Shown piece by piece: positions 60,575 to 64,000 of a stretch of DNA of 64,000 bases; positions within the stretch are counted from its first letter, which is position 1, and every line of letters begins with the position of its first letter. Made by a program: the position numbers and the translations under genes. Under the pieces are notes generated by a model. It searched no databases, was not told the origin of the DNA, and saw nothing but the letters and a program-made list of their open reading frames with translations. This DNA is from Lachnospiraceae bacterium (lineage in GTDB: Bacteria > Bacillota > Clostridia > Lachnospirales > Lachnospiraceae): contig JAILHF010000035.1 of NCBI GenBank assembly GCA_024696005.1, positions 28,440-92,439 on the forward strand. The letters are read 5' to 3'.

Positions 60575-61153
60575 TTATTCTCCCATCTGTTCCGTGACCA
60601 GGACGTTCGCTCTCGCGATATGCTTCAGCACTTCCCGTATCATGTGCTCGCGCTTCGGCAGATACCTGCAGCACAGAAGCGCTTCGCTGAGCCCTTCGGG
60701 CACGTCATAGAGCTCCAGGAAATCCCTCAGCTCTCTCCAGTCGTAGCACTTGCTCTGTTCCTCAAAGAATTCGGTGATCTCCAGCGCTTCCTTGTCCGCA
60801 AAGCCCTCTTCCAGAAGCAGCTCGTAGATGTCTTCGATCACCAGGAGCGGGTAACGCTTGAACCAGCGTTCACGGTACACTCTGCCGCGTACATCGTATT
60901 TTGCGTGCAGCATCGTCACCGCATCACACATCTGCCAGAAATTCCCCGGCCGGAGCTCTTCCATGATGGAACGGGCACGCTCGCTGGTCTGCACCCTGCA
61001 AAGATCCTCCCAGGAAAGTCTTCGGAAATCCCGCGGATCCACCCCTGCTTCGATCAACAGCTCGTTGATCCAGGTGGAATTGATACACAACGCACAATAG
61101 CCGGACTGAAAGCCCAGATCACGGATAATGAAGCGATATCCCCTGTTTCTCAA
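60575..61153 (-). CDS. stand-alone ~190-aa protein related to the fingers region of PolC/DNA polymerase III alpha (divergent fragment)
   Basis: TTG 61153 with SD AAGAGGAG 7 nt upstream. IIRDLGF...GVDPRDF / IMEELRPGNFWQMCDAVTMLH / VIEDIYELLLEEGFADKEALEITEFF / YDVPEGLSEALLCCRYLPKREHM parallel the PolC segments LKLDILGHDD...GIDPKTI / MLEETRPKTFSELVQISGLSH / [25 protein letters not shown] / [23 protein letters not shown] (from memory). Confidence 0.55.
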   Translation of the reverse strand: MRNRGYRFIIRDLGFQSGYCALCINSTWINELLIEAGVDPRDFRRLSWEDLCRVQTSERARSIMEELRPGNFWQMCDAVTMLHAKYDVRGRVYRERWFKRYPLLVIEDIYELLLEEGFADKEALEITEFFEEQSKCYDWRELRDFLELYDVPEGLSEALLCCRYLPKREHMIREVLKHIARANVLVTEQMGE

Positions 61154-61397
61154 TGATCTACTCCTCTTTCCCCTCGCCGGAACACCGGATCGAATTTGCG
61201 CAGCACCTGCGCGATCCGACTGCAAACAGCAGCACCGTATCTCCCCTTTTCGACAGGTTCATGCGGCACAAGATTTAGTATTTCCGGCCATACAAACCCA
61301 CGTTTTCCATTATACACATTTTTTCAGAAAATGGTAGTCTTTTTTTCCATATTTTGTGTTTTTCCTTTCAAAAATCTACAAGTCTTTGTTTACCCGC

Positions 61398-61439
61398 AAA
61401 AAAAGGGAGCTGCAGGGCTTTTCTCCCCCGCAGCTCCCG
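61398..61439 (-). terminator. intrinsic terminator after galE
   Basis: GGGAGCUGC-15 nt-GCAGCUCCC followed by UUUUUUU on the minus strand. Confidence 0.8.
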
Positions 61440-61498
61440 TATTTACCATATCTTGTAAGCAAATGCCCGCGATCGCCCCGTCCTCAGGCCCGGAACAC

Positions 61499-62515
61499 TC
61501 AGCCGGCGTATCCGTTCGGATTGTTCTTCTGCCAGTTCCAGCTGTCCCTGCACATCTCGAGGATGCCCTTCTCCGCTTTCCAGCCCATTTCACGCTCGGC
61601 CTTGGACGCATCGCAGTAATTCTCGGCGATATCGCCCGGACGGCGGTCGCAGATCTCGTAGGGGATCTTCACGCCAGAGGCTTCCTCAAAGTTTTTGACG
61701 ATGTCAAGAACGCTGTATCCCTTGCCGGTCCCCAGATTGTAGATTGCAAGCCCGCAGCCGGCCTTGATGCGCTCCAGGGCTTTCACATGCCCCTTTGCCA
61801 GATCCACCACGTGGATGTAGTCGCGGACACCCGTTCCGTCCGGCGTGGGGTAATCATTCCCGAAAACCCTGAGGAAGGGCTGTTTTCCGACCGCCACCTG
61901 GGTGATATAGGGCATCAGATTGTTCGGGATGCCGTTGGGATCCTCCCCGATCCTTCCGCTGGGATGCGCCCCGATGGGGTTAAAGTAACGCAGCAGCACG
62001 ATGTTCCACTCCGGATCCGCCTTCTGGATGTCCGTAAAGATGGTTTCCTGCATGGCCTTGGTGGAACCGTAGGGGTTCGTGCACTTCTTCACGGGATCCT
62101 CCTCCGTGACGGGCACCCGGTCGGGATCGCCGTATACGGTCGAGGAAGAAGAAAAGATCAGGTTCTTCACCCCGTTCTGCCGCATCACATCCACAAGGGT
62201 GAGCGTCCCGCCGATGTTGTTCTCATAGTATTCCCAGGGCTTCGCCACCGATTCTCCCACAGCCTTCAGTCCTGCGAAATGGATGCAGCTGTCGATCTGT
62301 TCCTGACGGAAGAGCCCTTCCAGCCCTTCCCGGTCACGGATATCGATCTTGTAGAACTTTACGGGCTTTCCCGAAAGTTCCTCCACACGCTTCAGCGACT
62401 TTTCCGTGGAATTGGACAGATTGTCAATCACCACCACATCATAGCCGGCCTCCTGCAGTTCCAAAACCGTGTGGCTTCCGATGAAACCGCTGCCGCCGGT
62501 AACCAAAATTGCCAT
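61499..62515 (-). CDS. galE: UDP-glucose 4-epimerase
   Basis: 338 aa, MAILVTGGSGFIGSHTVLEL...SSSTVYG...YGSTKAM (YxxxK). Confidence 0.95.
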   Translation of the reverse strand: MAILVTGGSGFIGSHTVLELQEAGYDVVVIDNLSNSTEKSLKRVEELSGKPVKFYKIDIRDREGLEGLFRQEQIDSCIHFAGLKAVGESVAKPWEYYENNIGGTLTLVDVMRQNGVKNLIFSSSSTVYGDPDRVPVTEEDPVKKCTNPYGSTKAMQETIFTDIQKADPEWNIVLLRYFNPIGAHPSGRIGEDPNGIPNNLMPYITQVAVGKQPFLRVFGNDYPTPDGTGVRDYIHVVDLAKGHVKALERIKAGCGLAIYNLGTGKGYSVLDIVKNFEEASGVKIPYEICDRRPGDIAENYCDASKAEREMGWKAEKGILEMCRDSWNWQKNNPNGYAG

Positions 62516-62586
62516 TGTTGTTTCCTCCTCTCCGCTTTATCCTTCTGCTTAACAAATGCGGGCTTTCCGGATTTTATTGCAAGCCC

Positions 62587-62769
62587 CTACATCTGGTGTT
62601 TGACGATCTGGTATTCGTCCCCCGCCCGGAAAAACGGACATTGCTGTTCTTCCCTGCTCAGGAGCCGGTACATATCGTCCTCGTCCATGCCGTTTTCCTT
62701 TACACAGACATAATCGTCAAACTCTTCATCGTATTCCAGATACATGCACTGCTCACAGGGTCCCGACAT
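62587..62769 (-). CDS. small acidic Cys-containing protein, unknown function
   Basis: MSGPCEQCMYLEYDEEFDDYVCVKENGMDEDDMYRLLSREEQQCPFFRAGDEYQIVKHQM. It has CxxC plus two further Cys. SD AGGTGG precedes ATG 62769. Confidence 0.55.
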   Translation of the reverse strand: MSGPCEQCMYLEYDEEFDDYVCVKENGMDEDDMYRLLSREEQQCPFFRAGDEYQIVKHQM

Positions 62770-62817
62770 TTTTCCCACCTTTCCTTATGTCCGTGTTTTC
62801 TTCCAAACAGCTTGCGC

Positions 62818-63648
62818 TTACAACGCCAGCACGATGCCGCCGGGATTCTCATAGATGGTGCTGAGGCCTCCGGCATTCAGGATCTTGATGTCCTCAAAGC
62901 CAAAGCGCTCCTTCAGGACATGCGCGACCCTTGTACAAAGCTCTTTGCTGTCGCATTGCGTGATCCTCACCTTGCGGCTCTTGTCCAGATCCATTTTCTC
63001 GATCTGAAGGAGCAGCTTGTTCACTGCCCGGTGCATCCCGATCCCCTGATCCACCTGTTTGACCTCTCCCATGTCACCCATCAGAACCGGCTTGATGTTC
63101 ATGGTGGTCGCCACGATCGCCTTCAGTCCCTTCAGGCGTCCGTTCTTCTTAAAGGTTTCCAGATCATCCAAAACAAAGATCGTCTTCATGTCATCACGAA
63201 AAGCCTCCACGCTTTCCACGACTTCCTCAAAACTCTTTCCGGCCTGTACAGCCTCCTCAATCTTCTCGGCGATCAGATGCTCCCCAGCTGCCGCGCTCCA
63301 GCTGTCAAACACATGGATGCGCGCGTCCTCATGATCCTCCAGAAACATCTCCTTCGCAACGCTCGCGCTGTTATACACGCCGCTCAGCTTCGAGGAGATC
63401 GTTACCACATAATTATCGGCCTCTGCATCAAAAGCCTGATAAAATGCGTCCGGCGAAGGACAGGCCGACCTGGGATAAGAAGGATCCGCCTTCATCAGGG
63501 CGATCCAGTCCTCCTGTGTCTTTCTTCCGTCATCCGGATATTCCACACCGCCGATGATGATCGACATCGGCACACTTACATGGTTTCCGCTTCTTTTTTC
63601 CAGTTTAGTAAAATCACAGCAGCTGTCCCCTATGATCTTATAAGCCAT
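62818..63648 (-). CDS. DegV-family fatty-acid-binding protein (second copy)
   Basis: 276 aa, MAYKIIGDSCCDFT...TISSKLSGVYNSA...NGRLKG. Confidence 0.85.
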   Translation of the reverse strand: MAYKIIGDSCCDFTKLEKRSGNHVSVPMSIIIGGVEYPDDGRKTQEDWIALMKADPSYPRSACPSPDAFYQAFDAEADNYVVTISSKLSGVYNSASVAKEMFLEDHEDARIHVFDSWSAAAGEHLIAEKIEEAVQAGKSFEEVVESVEAFRDDMKTIFVLDDLETFKKNGRLKGLKAIVATTMNIKPVLMGDMGEVKQVDQGIGMHRAVNKLLLQIEKMDLDKSRKVRITQCDSKELCTRVAHVLKERFGFEDIKILNAGGLSTIYENPGGIVLAL

Positions 63649-63663
63649 TCTTTTCTCCTTTTC

Positions 63664-63792
63664 TCAGTTCCCGACGCGTTTTTTCTCTGTATCCGCGCCT
63701 TTGACAAGCTCCGCACAAACTGCTCCGCTGATCATCGCCAACGCTCCGACGATCAGACCGATCGCCAGCTGTGCAAACAGTTTCTGCTTCAT
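63664..63792 (-). CDS. 42-aa single-TM small protein
   Basis: Below the track cutoff. The translation is MKQKLFAQLAIGLIVGALAMISGAVCAELVKGADTEKKRVGN. SD AAGGAGGA lies upstream, and there is an ATGA overlap with the upstream gene's stop. Confidence 0.4.
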   Translation of the reverse strand: MKQKLFAQLAIGLIVGALAMISGAVCAELVKGADTEKKRVGN

Positions 63793-64000
63793 CCTTTTTT
63801 ATCCTCCTTTCGCCGGGTATAAAGAACTACGGTATCTCCCGCCTCAAGTTTCATTTTTCCGTTGGGGATCAGGATCTTTTTGCCCCGGCGTATCATCACG
63901 ATAAAGCTCTGCCGTGAGATATCCAGATCCCGGATCTCCTGACCGTTCCATTTATGTCTCTCCTTCAGCTGTATCTCCGTAAGGCTTAAGTCCAGATCAT
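63789..64000 (-). CDS. C-terminal TrkA-C (RCK_C) domain of a transporter or channel gene (partial; 5' end off the right edge)
   Basis: My translation is ...DLSLTEIQLKERHKWNGQEIRDLDISRQSFIVMIRRGKKILIPNGKMKLEAGDTVVLYTRRKEDKKG. Confidence 0.6.
   Translation of the reverse strand, partial: DLDLSLTEIQLKERHKWNGQEIRDLDISRQSFIVMIRRGKKILIPNGKMKLEAGDTVVLYTRRKEDKKG

Noticed and set aside
1-64000. CRISPR arrays, IS elements or transposases, integrases, prophage or toxin-antitoxin and defence-system genes
   Set aside because: I found no direct-repeat/spacer periodicity, no DDE, serine or tyrosine recombinase motifs and no terminal inverted repeats flanking genes. The only tandem repeats are in-frame coding repeats. 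The tRNA-Cys has no adjacent integrase or duplicated 3' half.

Overview
This window is a 64-kb chromosomal segment. I infer a high-GC anaerobic Firmicute (Clostridia-like) from SpoVG, GlgD, DnaD/DnaI-type helicase loaders, a PolC-related fragment, a cellobiose 2-epimerase/GH130 pair and flagellin. Most genes lie on the minus strand, and the long plus-strand ORFs in the track are largely GC-driven shadow ORFs. No CRISPR array, transposase, integrase, prophage module or recognisable defence system is visible. Left to right: (1) A partial hybrid histidine kinase, then nifS-like, rsmE and prmA. (2) An unclassified, highly structured ~400-nt intergenic element beside a self-contained tRNA-Cys unit. 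(3) A ~15-kb surface-glycan cluster at 5.5-20.6 kb. It holds a PIG-L deacetylase, a GT-C enzyme, an O-antigen-ligase-like protein, an MsbA/PglK-type ABC exporter, five or six glycosyltransferases, an EpsG-type polymerase, a Wzz-like protein and a priming phosphotransferase. No Wzx flippase is present. (4) An orphan NrdG-like activase, followed by a solute-binding-protein / degenerate-GGDEF + EAL / DUF402 operon. (5) A 56-aa ferredoxin that the ORF track misses. It is followed by pflA overlapping a mannan-salvage pair (GH130 phosphorylase and cellobiose 2-epimerase), a zinc-ribbon membrane protein and gpmA. (6) An Hsp70-like gene coupled to hslO. (7) vanZ, a WbaP-N::TagA fusion and mnmA. (8) A minimal flagellin locus (fliC, fliS) preceded by a 1000-aa protein with a FliK-like C-terminus. 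(9) Glycogen genes (glgB, glgD, glgC) interrupted by spoVG and a 1156-aa gene. That gene encodes TPR repeats, EGEY-type acidic repeats and an AAA+-like domain with degenerate ATPase motifs. (10) murC, then a DnaA-box cluster on the promoter of a DnaD/DnaB-like + DnaI-like operon, then prs and a preQ1-I riboswitch with queT. (11) A nucleotidyltransferase with an MBOAT/SGNH acylation pair. (12) Two degV genes, a stand-alone PolC-fingers-like fragment gene, galE and small proteins. The items most worth follow-up are the structured RNA candidate (4985-5395), the TPR/EGEY/AAA+-like giant, the PolC-fragment gene, the glycan-cluster architecture and the SBP/c-di-GMP/DUF402 operon. All family assignments come from reading the translations by eye. 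No database search was run.
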